Positions 40,298 through 53,059 of a DNA stretch of 64,000 bases are shown here, in pieces (the stretch's first letter is position 1; each line of letters opens with the position of its first letter). This stretch comes from Eledone cirrhosa. Taxonomy: Eukaryota. Below the pieces are notes generated by a model. It was not told the origin of the DNA. It made no database searches and was given only the letters and a program-made list of their open reading frames with translations. Both the position numbers and the translations under genes were made by a program. Location: positions 253,146,001 to 253,210,000 of the forward strand of contig OZ024741.1 of NCBI GenBank assembly GCA_964016885.1. The letters are read 5' to 3'.

Positions 40298-42278
40298 CCC
40301 CGTGTAACCAAAAAAATGTTGTTCTCTGTTCCTGGCTTGTTATCACTTTTTTTGTGTTGCTTAGGTCCCAAATAAATAAATAAAAAAGTGCTATTAAACA
40401 GTTAAAAGTTTGGGTTTGTAAAAATTCTAAGCTATTCACTAGAATTATTTGTATGTTGGATTTTATGTTGTATTTAAGTTTAATTTGCTTATGTTAAATG
40501 ATTTTTTTAATATATGATTCAGGTTAAATTAAAATTATAAAATAAAGAGTAATACCTAAAGAAAGTGCAATAAAGTATAAAATTGTTAAAAAGTGGATTA
40601 AAGAGATTTATTGATACTGGATTTTCGCACCCTGAATAAAGGGTAAGTTGTGTTTTAAGCCAAATTTTCATTAGTATGATTAGTGTTCTTTTATATTATT
40701 TAAATATGTATTTCCCTTTCCAATATTTATTTTGTATTGTATATCAAATTTATTTTCAAAGACAAGTATTCTGATGAAGAGGAGGAGATGGATGCTGAGG
40801 ACTTGGATTACCTGCCTGAGGTACCAGAAAAAGTTCCTCACTTCCCAAGCCAAAAAGAAGTCAATGACTTGGTCAGGGATATGGGTCTGACCATGTCTAA
40901 TGCAGAGCTATTCGTCTCCAGGATGAAGCAGTAGAACTTGGTCAAGGAGGAAGTGCAGGTGACAAGTCAGAGAAGTCGACACAAACCTTTCTCAGGCTTT
41001 TACACTCTTAGGGATGGTCTCTGCTTCTGCCATGATGTGCCTGGACTGTTTGACGTTATTGGGGTGCCGTTTGTGCCCAAGGAGTGGCGACTATTTATAG
41101 ACAGCTCCACCACAGGTTGCTGTCCTCCTCCACAATGGAAACAAGTTCCAGACACTGCCCCTAGCTCATTCAGTCTGCTTGAAGGAAGATAACTACAGTG
41201 TGGAAGTCTTCTTGGAAGCTCTGCAATACAAGCAGTACAATTGGGAAATTATTGGAGACTTCAAGATGGTGGCTTTCCTGCTTGGACTCCAAGGAGGCTT
41301 TATCAAATTCCAATGCTTCCTCTGCCTTTGGGACAGCAGAGCCACCTCTGACCACTACAAAAGAAAGAACTGGGAGCAGCGAACAGAATTTGTAGTTGGG
41401 ATCCGGAACGTCATGTGGGAGCCACTGGTTGATCCCAGGATTGTGCTCATGCCGCCACTGCACATTAAGTTGGGGTTGATGAAGCAGTTTGTGAAGGCTC
41501 TCAACCAAGAATCAGCCGCTTTTAAGTACCTTCTTGAGTTCTTCCCCAAGTTATCTGAGGCCAAAATCAAAGGTGGAATTTTTGTTGGACCTCAGAAAAA
41601 GAAGGTGTTTGAGTCTACCGAGTTCTCCAATAAGCTCAATAGAATTGAGAGAACATCTTGGAACTGTTTCAAGGCAGTTGTTAAGGGCTTCCTGGGCAAC
41701 TACAGAGCTGAAAACTACCAGCAACTGGTGCAGGATCTGATAAAGGCTTTTTGCGCCATGGGATGCAGGATGTTGCTTAAACTCCATATGCTGGATGCTC
41801 ACCTGGAAAAATTCAAGGACAATATGGGCGCCTACTCAGAAGAACAAGGCGAACGATTCCACCAAGATGTGAAAGAGATAGAGCGAAGGTACCAGGGCCA
41901 CTACAATGAAAAAAATGATGGGGGACTATATCTGGGGGCTAGTGCGGGAATGCGACCTGGACTACAACCGCAAATCCAGGAAATCCAGTCATTTCTGACG
42001 TGTATAAGTTGCTTTATAATGTTATTTGTTTTTACTTGTTTGCTTTTAATAAGCTTGTGTAATAAAATAAATATATACTCTGTTGATTTAATTATATGAA
42101 CTGATAAATTTTTTTTAAATGTGTTTTTTCTTGAAAAATATGAAAATTTCGAAATATCGAACTCCTGACCACAAACCCAAACTTCTGATTAAATAATAGT
42201 GTTTTTTTATAATAATGGGATATAACAAACCATGAAATGACACTTAGAACCGGGGAACAAAAAATATGTTACACGGTG
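40298..42278 (+). mobile_element. DNA transposon, CMC/Chapaev3-like, decayed transposase
   Basis: Imperfect TIRs (CCCCGTGTAAC... / ...GTTACACGGTG; internal TTTGGGTTTGT / ACAAACCCAAA). Transposase motifs NDLVRDMGL, EWRLFIDSS, GDFKMVAFLLGLQGG..CFLCLWDSRA, PPLHIKLGLMKQFVKA, SEEQGERFHQD across 40737-41995, with stops and frameshifts. Family assignment is from motif recall. Confidence 0.75.
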
Positions 42279-43430
42279 TTGGTTCACCGCTAGCTTTGAT
42301 GAATTCTAAGTATATATTGTCCAGTCCAGGGCTTTTTCCTCACTTCAAATGTTTGATGGCATGAGATATCTTGCTAGCTAAGATAGATGGTATGGCATCG
42401 GATGTCGAATCATGAATGGTTGTTGGTTCTGAGTTGCTGAAGTACAGTTCTTCATAGAATTTAGCCCAGTGTTCAAGGATATCATCTTTGGAAGTAAGCT
42501 TTTCAGATTTGCAATCTGATGAAGACTTTGACAAGATTTATGATACTATCTGCAGAGGCATAAAAGAGGTATCTGAATAGATTTTACCTAAGGAAAGCCT
42601 TTCCACCCAACAATGGATGTTACAACAAACAAACAAAGCAATATCTGAAAAATATAGAATCAGAAGAGAAGGTGGCCACACATCAGCCCAATATAGAATA
42701 GCAACGGCTGAATCCAAAAAACTCGTTAAATCAGACAAACTTAAGCAAATGTACAACATTGAGGAGCTAAATATACTCAAGACACTATTATGCTGAATTG
42801 TCCACACAGAAAGTGTCTATGCTGATATTATCTCCCCTAGAATGTAACAGCTTTTAACAGTGTATTATCTCCCTTGGAAAGTTATTTCCCTTTAGTTATT
42901 TCCCTTTATTATCTACTAGAACAATTACTATAACGTGTTCTGGTCAGTTGTAAAATCCAAGTTGTTTAACAGTGTCTCATACAGACGCAACTTACAATGA
43001 TGATAATTTATATGGGAATGTGTTATGTATCCAAGTCACCCAAAAAACATATTATTAATATGAATGTAAGAGAAAACATTTCAATCTTACTTCACCCCTT
43101 TCTGAAATCCCCATTCTCATTGACATAAATATTCACAATTCTTTTTGGCTCTTTCATTCAGCCATCCTGTTACTGCTGCTGGTGCAGTAACGAAATATCT
43201 TGCAATATTCTACTATCCACAACAACAGCTCATGCATCCATCATCATCATCACCAACATCATCATCATCAGCAGCAGCAGCAGCACCATCATCGTCACCA
43301 CCACCACTGATCTCCAAGCTATGCATTCTATCGAGCAACTTTACTCCAAAGACCCTTCGGAGGAACCCTATTTCGGTCGATTGTATACATACCTATTTAA
43401 ATATACAGTTATAGTTATTATGGATAGTAT

Positions 43431-43991
43431 AATAATTGTTTCTACTTTAGGCACAAGGCCAGCAATTACCCAGTGCATTACTGGTACTTTATTTTATCTA
43501 CCCCGTAAGGATGAAAGGCAAAGTCAACCTCGGCGGGATTTGAACTCAGATCGTAAAGAGATGTAACTATGCTGGAAAGCATGGCGTCCGACCCTCTACT
43601 GATACTGCCAATCCATGGTATAATAATTGTTTCTACTTTAGGCACAAGGCCAGCAATTACCCAGTGCATTACTGGTACTTTATTTTATCGACCCCGTAAG
43701 GATGAAAGGCAAAGTCAACCTCGGCGGGATTTGAACTCAGATCGTAAAGAGATGTAACTATGCTGGAAAGCATGGCGTCCGACCCTCTACTGATACTGCC
43801 AATCCATGGTATAATAATTGTTTCTACTTTAGGCACAAGGCCAGCAATTACCCAGTGCATTACTGGTACTTTATTTTATCGACTCCGTAAGGATGAAAGG
43901 CAAAGTCAACCTCGGCGGGATTTGAACTCAAATCGTAAAGGGACGTAACTATGCTGGAAAGCATGGCGTCCGACCCTCTACCGATACTGCT
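43431..43991 (-). mobile_element. Three tandem copies (191-bp period) of a second tRNA-derived SINE with (ATT)n tail
   Basis: A box TGGCAGTATC, B box GAGTTCAAATCC, central GCCTTTCATCCTTACGGGGTCGATAAAATAAAGTACCAG. Dispersed copies near 10170, 10630, 10740, 18220, 32940, 43997, 46430, 48914, 49120, 49329, 60151, 63250. Confidence 0.88.
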
Positions 43992-44609
43992 AAATAATGG
44001 TGGATTGGCAGTATCAGTAGTGGGCTGGACTAAATGTTTTGCAGTATTTAATTACAAATTTCTATGTTCTGAGGTGAAATACTGGCAGGGTAAACTTTAC
44101 CCTTCATCCTTCTGGGCGTTGATAAAATAACGTATCAGTAAATGCACTGGGATCAATTTAATCAACTTTTCCCCTCCCCAAAATTGCTGGCCTTGTGCCT
44201 AAATCTAAAAACACTTAGAAGGCATTTGTAGTTTACTTGAAGCATTGTATATGATATAAAGAATGTTGTATAGCAAGCCACATCAGACACTGGAATAGTT
44301 CCTTTATCTTCCTAGGAAGAAGAGATATTAATCTCAAAATATCAGGACATATGAATAAATTAAGGTAAAAACAACCCCTGTTTCTTACGATTTAATTATT
44401 TGCCATCCAAAATCTCATTGCCGTGTCTTTCAAGCTTCGAATTCTTTAAAAACAGTTATTTACATCACCATCACCATCATCATCCATTTTTCCATATGAA
44501 GCCTGTGAATGATAAAGTCTATGGTTCATCTTAAACTGTTTTGGAAAAGTGAAAACCAGAGAGATTCTTTTGTTTAATCTATTCACTTATTTGCCAAATA
44601 TATCTAAGT

Positions 44610-44838
44610 CTAAAGTCTGTCTTAAGCCAGAAGGCTCATTAGGCCGGTGCTTATCCTGGTTTCATGGCGTGAAGCTACTGAGAGTACAAGACTTTCCCCT
44701 GGACGCCACGCCAGTTCATCACAGCAACGTGAAATAAAGTGTTTTGATCAAGAACACAACACGCAACCCAGCCCAGGAATCAACCTTTGACATTATGATC
44801 ATAACTCCAACACCCTTACCACTAGGCCACATGCCTCC
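44610..44838 (-). mobile_element. Third tRNA-derived SINE type; related copy at about 11260-11500 (+)
   Basis: TGGCCTAGTGGTAAGGG A box, GGTTGATTCC B box, GTGTTCTTGATCAAAACACTTT, TGTACTCTCAGT. Confidence 0.6.
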
Positions 44839-45056
44839 ACTACTAAATATATAAGAACATGCAAATGCATAGCTCTGTGGTTGGAGCATTGAGCTCAGAG
44901 CCGTGAGGTTGTGAGTTGGATCAGACAATGCATTGTATTCCTGAGCAAGACACATTATTTCACATTGCTCCAATTAATTCAGAAAGAAATGAGTTGTAAT
45001 GTCACAGGAGCTAAGTCATATTAGTTTTTGCCTTTCTCAAAAACACCTTGTTCAGA

Positions 45057-45356
45057 CTGGGCCTGATTTAATGGTGGGCAAAGGGGTCAATTGCCCCAGG
45101 CACCCTGCAGTGGGGGCCCCACCAGTGACGGCCGTAGCAATTTATCTGTGCTCTCAGCTAGGCTGTTTAGTTTAAGGATGGTTAGACATTTTTAATGTTA
45201 TACCTGTATGTATAAATTTTCAATTCCAATTACTTGTGCCAAGCTAACTTTGATATGTAAAATTGGGGGGTTTGCTGTGTATTCTAATTTTTTGTGTATG
45301 AGCCTAAAAAAAAAACTGAAGTGCCCCAGGTACCCCAAGGTCTAAATCCAACCCTG
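45057..45356. mobile_element. hAT-like MITE
   Basis: CTGGGCCTGATTTA ... TAAATCCAACCCTG termini and subterminal GCCCCAGG repeats; 8-bp TSD only 5/8 matching. Confidence 0.55.
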
Positions 45357-45679
45357 TGTCCAAGCTTGTGCCTTGCAGGGTAATTTTATTGGTGAAAACC
45401 CAAGATCATTCATAGCCGAAGGGGGATTACTGCTATACAGGAATTGAATTTGTGATTAAGAAGTTTGATAGAATTATCATATTATAAAAAAGAGAAAAGG
45501 TAATGTCAGCAGATGTAGAAATTTTAATTTCTGGTGAAGTAATGAAAGATATTAGTAGGAATACTAGAAGTTGAGAAGATCAAGGATAGAAAAATGAAGT
45601 ATTTAGTAAGGATTACTAAAAGAAGATTAAACCTGCTACATATTGTGCTATACACATAGTACCCATCTATCCCACAAAG

Positions 45680-46196
45680 GACAGTTACGAGGATCTTTGG
45701 AGTAATGTTACATGATAGAGTGTGTAGCTCAGAGATCAGAGAGTCACTCCAGGTAGAGCTGCTACTTCTCTGAATTGAGAAATAACAACTCTGATACCAT
45801 GGCCATGTGGTTAGAATGACTCAGGAAAGAATTGCTGGACAAATTTTATGGGCAAGACCAACCAGGTCTGGACCCCAAGCAAGATGGTTGGATAATATTC
45901 ATGAACTTGGCTGGTCACGCTTGAGGATCCAGCTGGGTCAGTTGGTGATGGTTGCTTCAGATAGAACCTGCTGGAAGGTGTGTTTGAGGACTCTGCCTCC
46001 ACAACCCTCTCAGGAATAAGTGGGCAAAGAAGAAGAAGAAGAAGAAGAAGAAGAAGAAGAAGAAGAAGAAGAAGAAGAAGAAGAAGAAGAAGAAGAAGAA
46101 GAAGAAGAAGAAGAAGAAGAAGAAGAAGAAGAAGAAGAAGAAGAAGAAGAAGAAGAAGAAGAAGAAGAAGAAGAAGAAGAAGAAGAAGAAGAAGAA
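45680..46196 (+). mobile_element. RTE-like 3' fragment followed by a long (GAA)n tail (46028-46196)
   Basis: GHVVRM..RWLDNI; pure GAA tract of about 56 units. Confidence 0.7.
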
Positions 46197-46859
46197 ATAT
46201 GATTTTAAGAATAAACGCATGAGAAATAGCACATTATATATCAGTAATGAGGTACTGAGCAAGGATATTAAAATGAAATAAGGATGTATTCCAGATGATA
46301 GAAAGACGGAAATAGATGACAAAGCATAGGGTGTTCCATACAAAAAGTGTCATCCCTAGGCTTTAACATCCCAAGATAAATGGAAGATGAGGTGGATGAT
46401 GTTGACAATGATGAGGATGATAATCATTTATAGTTTTAGATATAAGGCCAGCAATTTGGAGGAAGGGGAACATCGATTATATTTAACTGGCATTTTATTT
46501 TATCGAATTCTAAAGGATGAAAGGCAAAGTTGACCTTGGCAGTATTTGAACTCAGAATGTAGAAAGTCATAACTAGTTGCCCCACATCAGTATCACCAGT
46601 ATCATATACAAACTGTAAAGCAACATACTCCCTCTATTCATATTATCCCTATTCATTCCCCCGATTTCTTCAGGAAAACAGTCTTGCTCAGTATGCAGGA
46701 AAGGAGTAGGTAGATATTTCATCTTGTGTACAAAATGTAAGCTATAGGTACACAAAAGTTGTAGTGTGATCTTAAGCAGGCTAGCAAAGAATGTAGGTGT
46801 TCTATGTAGCCATTGCATTGTAGGAGTAAGCAACCAGAGCCCATAGGAAACAAGCCCTA

Positions 46860-47420
46860 TCAAATGCTTAGATGGCTCCCTAGAAATTGGAGACAGCTTC
46901 TGATACCTGGAAGATCAAATTAGCAATAGGAGTGGTGTTCTGAAAGTACAGTAGCCAGACTGAGGGCAGGTGGGAAAAAGTTCAGGGAGTTACTACCACT
47001 GCTTACTACAAAGGGTTTCTCCATCAAAATGAAAAGCAGATTGTTTGATGTTTGTGTGCGAACAGCAATGCTATGTGGTAATGTAACTTGGGCCTTGTGT
47101 GTGTGGAGAACTTAGGCAGGTTGGAAAAAATGAGGGATGAAGTATGAAATAGCTAAGAGAAAAATTGGGCATAAGAGGCATTGGTTGAAGCATACAAGTG
47201 AGGAAACAGCATTGGTGTTGACTTGTAATGCATATGAAGGATGGCAGCTGCATAAAGAAATGCAGAGTGCTTGAAATCAAAGTAACCCTTGAAGAGGGAA
47301 GGCATAGGAAATCGTGGGAGTATGTGGTGAAGGCCATTCTCATGGAACTGATCTCACAAAGCAGATGACGCAGGATTGAAAAAACTGGCAATATTTCATA
47401 ATACAGAGAACTCACCATCC
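46860..47420 (+). mobile_element. Degenerate RTE fragment
   Basis: Homologous to 347-925 (GGGTGGGAAAAAGTTCAGGGAG, AAAATGAAA..CAGATTG). Confidence 0.65.
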
Positions 47421-48913
47421 AAAGAAGCAGCAGAGAGAGGATAACAAACCACATACCTCCTTCCACCCTAACCCAAAGAAGCAGGGAGGTAGTAAAACAC
47501 TCAGATACCACCTCCCACCAGACAGTATAAGTCTGAAATCCCAGCCTGTATGCCTCTGATTCGCTTCTCAACCCTAAATCTAAAGAAGCAGAGCGATGAA
47601 CCAACTCTCAGATACTCACCTGCTAGTATACTCCTGACCTCTTCACCCAACCAATGCTAGCATGGAAAGCTATAATGTGCCTTGACTGATTCACGACCCC
47701 TCTACTGAACCATTCTACTCCCAACACTTTCCCAACACAGAAAAGCCTAGCACACTCCAAAATGGAAGACATTACCCATCGACTTGTTCCAAACAATATA
47801 TAAACTCCCATTTTAGGTCATGAAGGGAACCCAGGCACACCAACAATATGTCAGACACCATCCTTTTACTTCAGGGCCATCACAAATACACCCCCTTCAA
47901 CAGTGCAACGTGTGCACCTCAGCCCTAACTCCACCAATGCTTCCTGAGATAGTGCTGGTGCTATGACAAAAGCATCCAATCTTCTTCGAAAGGTGGTAGT
48001 GCTGGTGCCACGATGAAAAGCAGCCAGTAAAAGTAGTTCGCAATAAAATGCTCCCAGTACACGCTCTTAGATGGTTAGTGTTTTAAAGGCCATCCAGCTA
48101 TAGAAAAAAATGCTCCCTGTACATGCTGTAATGTGATTGCCGTTAGAAAGGGCTTCCAGTCGTATAAAACAAACAAAAACAACGTACGAGCAGGACCTAG
48201 TCATCTAACCGATCAGGCCACAGAGCCTGGCAGCCGTATAACCTATTCAAGCATGGGAAATAGACGTTAAACGTTAAACGGTGATGACGTTGATGACGGC
48301 GATGGTTGTTCAACGACTATTCTCTGTGATTAAGTGGGGAATAAATGCCTTGATGTAAGGGAGGTAACTAGTAACGTCATCTTTGTCATGTTTCAACGTC
48401 GAGAATGCTGATTGCGAGGATTTATGAATTTGAGACCGTCGTTATCAATCTATTTCCTACTGACAACGTTTCTTCTTTTCAGCATCCTCGTTGTAGATAT
48501 TTACTTAGAAGTCGTATCCATAATGGACGATATGAGGAAACATCAATATTAAAGATTTTGAATGTTGACTTTAGTTGTTTCTTGTACCACCACCTCATAA
48601 TTCCTACTAGATATGTTCCTTCTTGCAATTCTGCATACATAAGCATCTTTATTAGATGTTGAGCCGACATTCTTTGGATGTTACCAAACTTTTGCTACAG
48701 CTGCGTTCGATCCGATAAAAGAATTTTAATTGCATAGATATAAGGGACACAACTGTGGTTTGAATGTTACATATGGCTGCAGCTGTGTTTAGGTTGATAA
48801 ACGAATTTTAGATGTAAGGGAAATAACTGTGTGTATACTCAGATGATGCATGGGCGTATGTTTGTGATAGCTGTTCGTATATTATATACACATATACAGT
48901 AATAATAATAATA

Positions 48914-49386
48914 ATAATTGTTTCTACTTTTGGCACAAGGCCAGCAATTACCAAGTACATTACTGGTACTTTATTTTTTGACCTCATAAGGATGAAAGGC
49001 AAAGATAACCTCGACGGGATTTGAACTCAGACCGTAAAGGGAAGTTACTATCTTAGAAAGCATGTCGTCCAACCCTCTACCGATACTGCCGATTCACTAC
49101 CTGTCAGTAATAATAATAATAATTGTTTCTACTTTTGGCACAAGGCCAGCTATTTCTCCAGTGTATTACTGGTACTTTATTTTATCGACGCCGTAAGGAT
49201 GAAAGGCAAAGTTAACCTCGGCGGGATTTGAACTCAGAATGGCAAGGGCCGTAACTCAATGCATCAAGGCATGGCGTCCGACCCTCTACCTAATAATAAT
49301 AGTAACAATAATAATAATAATAATAATAATTGTTTCTACTTTAGGCACAAGGCCAGCAATTACTGGTACTTTATTTTATCGACCCC
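48914..49386 (-). mobile_element. Cluster of three copies or fragments of the (ATT)n-tailed SINE
   Basis: Repeated AATTGTTTCTACTTT(T/A)GGCACAAGGCCAGC, each preceded by (AAT)n. Confidence 0.85.
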
Positions 49387-49661
49387 TAATAATAATAATA
49401 ATAATGCTTTCTTTATTAACCACAAGGGTTTACATAAAGTAGACATTAAGGACAGTACAGGCAATACAGGAAGGTACAAATGGGCATTTCTGCGTGTAAA
49501 AAAACAAAAACAGAGGATGTAACAAAAAAATAACAATGAAAATATTCCCCAAAGGGGGGGGGGGGAGACTTCCGAGGGACATTTGTGGAGAAAGCCCATT
49601 AAAAGCCACAGTGACCCTGACCACCAGGGCAAGTGTCCTCTCCCAGTTTTCGACCTTTAAT

Positions 49662-52600
49662 TTACAGACACATACTCAGAGTAGGTCCATTCACTCGGGC
49701 CATACTTGCTTCTCTCACCCATCTTTCAACAAAATGCTGAGAAGAGAGCACTTCCCTCTCTACCCTGATTTTGCTTTTCAAATGAAATTTTAAAAAGTTA
49801 ATCAGGGCATCACCGAAGAGGTAAGTGCTTGTCTTCAGCCCTTTCAAACGTGTCCACCATACTATCTCTTTCGCCATGGCCACCAGACAGATAAAAACTG
49901 CCTGCCCTTCCCGGCTAAAGGAAGAAGGCGGGGCAATCATCTACACGTGACAGCAGGTGTTCGACATAAACCCACAAGTCAGCAATGCTCGGACACTGGA
50001 CGAGTGCGTGCAGGACGGTTTCGTCGCCCTGCGCGCATCTTGGACATGCCCGGCTGACGGCACCTCCATGCCTGTAGAGTTTATCCCGAACTGGCAAAGC
50101 TCCTCGGTAGCACTGCCAGGTCAGGGATTTCTGGAAGTTGTCCATAGGCCCCGGCCCGAAAGTTCTTCCGAAGAGATTGGCTAGTTGATTTTCGTCGACG
50201 CCTAGAGTTTCCCCAAGTACGTCGTCGCTCTTCCCCTCCACTAATCTTTTATAGAACGCCAAGGTGGAGTTTCCACCGATCACATTGCCCGATTGGTCGA
50301 GGGCTGTGAGCGCCTGAAGACATTTCAGTCTCCCTCTCGGTCTTCGCTTGACCCAGGATTGCAGCTCCATCAAGGAGACGAGCTGGGGAAAGACGCGTCT
50401 AGCAAACGGCGACCACACCTGATCACCATCGAGGAAGAGGTGGAGATGTCGTAGCCTGAGCGCGTGTCTGCGCATCATCAGCCACGGCATGCCCATCCCC
50501 CCCCCCCCCCCCACGTAGCGGGTGTTGACAGCAGATGGACCGCCTGACCATCGGAGCGCGTCCCTTCCACAAAAGGCGAAAGAGCAAACGCTCCAGCGCA
50601 GTCAGGCGGGGCTTAGGACAAGGTACGACGGTCAGGCGGTAGTAGATGACGGACGCGATGTACGCGTTAGCCACCTCCGCCCATTTCTGGGTGAGAGAAG
50701 CCACTCTGCTCGTCACCTCGTCCCAGTTTTTGTCCGTCTGGAGGTCCGGACAAAACCAGACCCCTAGCAATTTAACCCGTCCGTCCAGCGCCCGACGACG
50801 CTGTTGGACGGCATGGACCTGCCTCTCCAGGTGCCGAGCTGCAGGCCCACTGACTTTTCCTGGTTGATCATTGCGCCTGTCACGGCTTCGTATTCTCTTA
50901 GTGTAGTGCCGATCGCCTCGATGTGTTTGGCGTTCGACACCACTAGGGTGACATCGTCCGCATATGCTGACACGGATCTTCCGCATCCTAGTTCGCGTGG
51001 GATCCCCCTCAACGTCTCCAGTCTGTGCAGTAATGGCTCGAGAGTCAATACATACAAGAGGGACTAGAGGGGACATCCTTGGCGGACCGAGCGCATAATG
51101 TTGAACGGTTCCGAAAGGTGACCGTTCACTCTCACCACAGAGCAGATGTCGCTGTGCATGGCATCGATCCAGCCTCTGAAGAAGGGCCCAAAGCCAGCTG
51201 CCCTCAGGACTGCCGCTAGGTAACGATGGTGGACCCTATCGAAAGCTTTCGACTGATCTAAATTGATCAAGGACCCACCCGTGCCAGGTTCCCTAGCTAC
51301 CCTCTCTACGATGTATCGCATGAGGTGGAGGTTGTCGTGGATGGATCTGTCGGGAATGGCGCATGTCTGCGCCTCTCCCACCAGACCACCAACGACAAGC
51401 GCCAACCTCTTTGCTAGCACCTTGGCCAAAATCTTGAACTCTGTGTTTAGCAGAGTTATGGGCCTGAAATTATCTATGTTATCCCCCTTGTTCAGATCCT
51501 TTCTCAGCAGCGCCACCGCTCCTCGGCTCACAAAGCTGTGAATTCTCCCGTTCTGTTGCCAGTTGCAGTAGACGTCCGCCAAGAGGCCTCCGAAAAAGTC
51601 TGGCATCTGTACGTAAAGTTCATAGGGCAGACCATCCAAACCAGGCGATTTACCCATTGTGCAACCAGTCATTGCCTCCCGTACTTCAGCGGCTGTTATC
51701 GGCTTTTCGCAACACTCCGCCTCAGTGGCCGAGAGCCGCGGCAGTCCGTCGAGGTAGACACTAAAGTCCATCCCTCGATCCGGCCCGCCGCTTCCCCCGA
51801 ACAGCTGTGCAAAGTGTCGCTGAAAAGCTTCACACATTTGCCCGGGATCGAGTAGCATGCGCCCGTCGTGGTCCACCAAAGACCGGATCGTGGCTTTGTT
51901 GCCACGACGCGCCTCCGCAACTCGGGCCCATTGAACGGCTTTCGTCCCCTCGTGTCTGAGAGCACGCACCCTAGCTCTGACAACGCAGCCTTCGTGCTTT
52001 GCATTGAAGAATTGGTCAAGGGCCAATTTCGCCGCAAGTACGTCGGTCGCGATGCCTTTGCTAAGCGCCTCGTCTAATTTTCTAACTAGTTCTCCCTCTG
52101 CTCTATTTTTCTCTATTGCTAAAGCCTTACTAAACCTAATGGACTCTATTCTTATCGCTCTTTTCAGAGCAAACCACCACTTGTTGTTGACGATGGCCCC
52201 CGTCAACGCCCGCTTAACTAGTTCGCTAATCCGGTCTCTGTAGGCCTTGCGCGCTGGTAAGGACGCGTTTAGCTTCCAGTAGCCGGGTCCTCGTCAATGA
52301 AGCCTATCTAAGTCAAGCACACAGATCACGAATTTGTGGTCCGTGTAGCTGACTATCTTGAATTGTGGACAGCCTATGCTAGACCTATCTATTTCCCTAC
52401 AAAATACTCTATCTAGATATGATCTGGATGACCCTATGCGGTTTGTCCAAGTCCACCTTGGCACATTCGGGAAATCCAATCGGTACCTGTCAGACAGTTC
52501 AAAACACCTGAGCAGGTTGGTGAGGTTCTTGCACCCTCCTCCCCCATCCGCTAATCCCACACAGTCCCAGCGTGCATCTAAGATCCCGTTCCAGTCGCCC

Positions 52601-53052
52601 ACTAACACTAAAGAGCAGGACGTTCCAAGAAAGGTCTCCAGACGCCGGAAGAAATCAGGCTGCCCTGCTCCTGTCGGGGCATAGACGGCCACTAGCCTGA
52701 AAGCTTGCCCGTCTCCGCTGGTCACTTCCAGCACCACCAACTTACCTTCTGGGTCCAGGAAGATGGCCCGTATGGCGAAATCCAAACCTCTCCGAAAAAG
52801 CACAGCAACTCCTCCCCCCGATCCCGGACGGCTGGGAGATGCGTACACATCGTAGCCACCGAAGATCGGTGAGAAGGCCCGTGCTTCAGAGATTCTGGTC
52901 TTGCTGATGGCCACTACATCTATGTTTAGTGACCTGAGGTCGTTGAGCAGGTGGCCCTGCTTCCATGACGACCCTAAGCCACGCGCATTTATGCTGCCTA
53001 TTCTGATTGAGGTCATGTTTAAATGGAGAGGAAAGGGTGGGAAAGACGACAT
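49662..53052 (-). pseudogene. Tx1-like ORF2 (APE endonuclease, RT, zf-RVT), disrupted
   Basis: SINARGL, VYAP, GDWN, SYLDR, TDHK (APE); SPGLDGLP, FRPITLLN, DQSKAFDRV, VRQGCPL, AYADD (RT); CPRC...ETVLHALVQC. Stops at 52294 and 51064 plus frameshifts. Confidence 0.9.
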
Positions 53053-53059
53053 ACCTTAC

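Larger units (their letters stand above)
33170..42534 (-). mobile_element. RTE-type LINE split into three pieces (about 42279-42534, 39285-40297, 33170-33349) by the Chapaev-like and Gypsy insertions
   Basis: Reading KSPGLDNIYLEFIKASGEP | VIKALQHLFNCII continues across the DNA transposon; RT motif SYADDLAI near 39670-39690; C-terminal LKLYGHIKR...GKRSRGQQPK left of the Gypsy element. Confidence 0.85.

Noticed and set aside
45957-46343. Poly-Phe, poly-Arg and poly-Glu ORFs
   Set aside because: Translations of the (GAA)n tract.
49406-53052. GC-rich block as horizontally transferred or contaminant DNA
   Set aside because: Fully explained by Tx1/L1 ORF2 motifs and bounded by host-type microsatellites.
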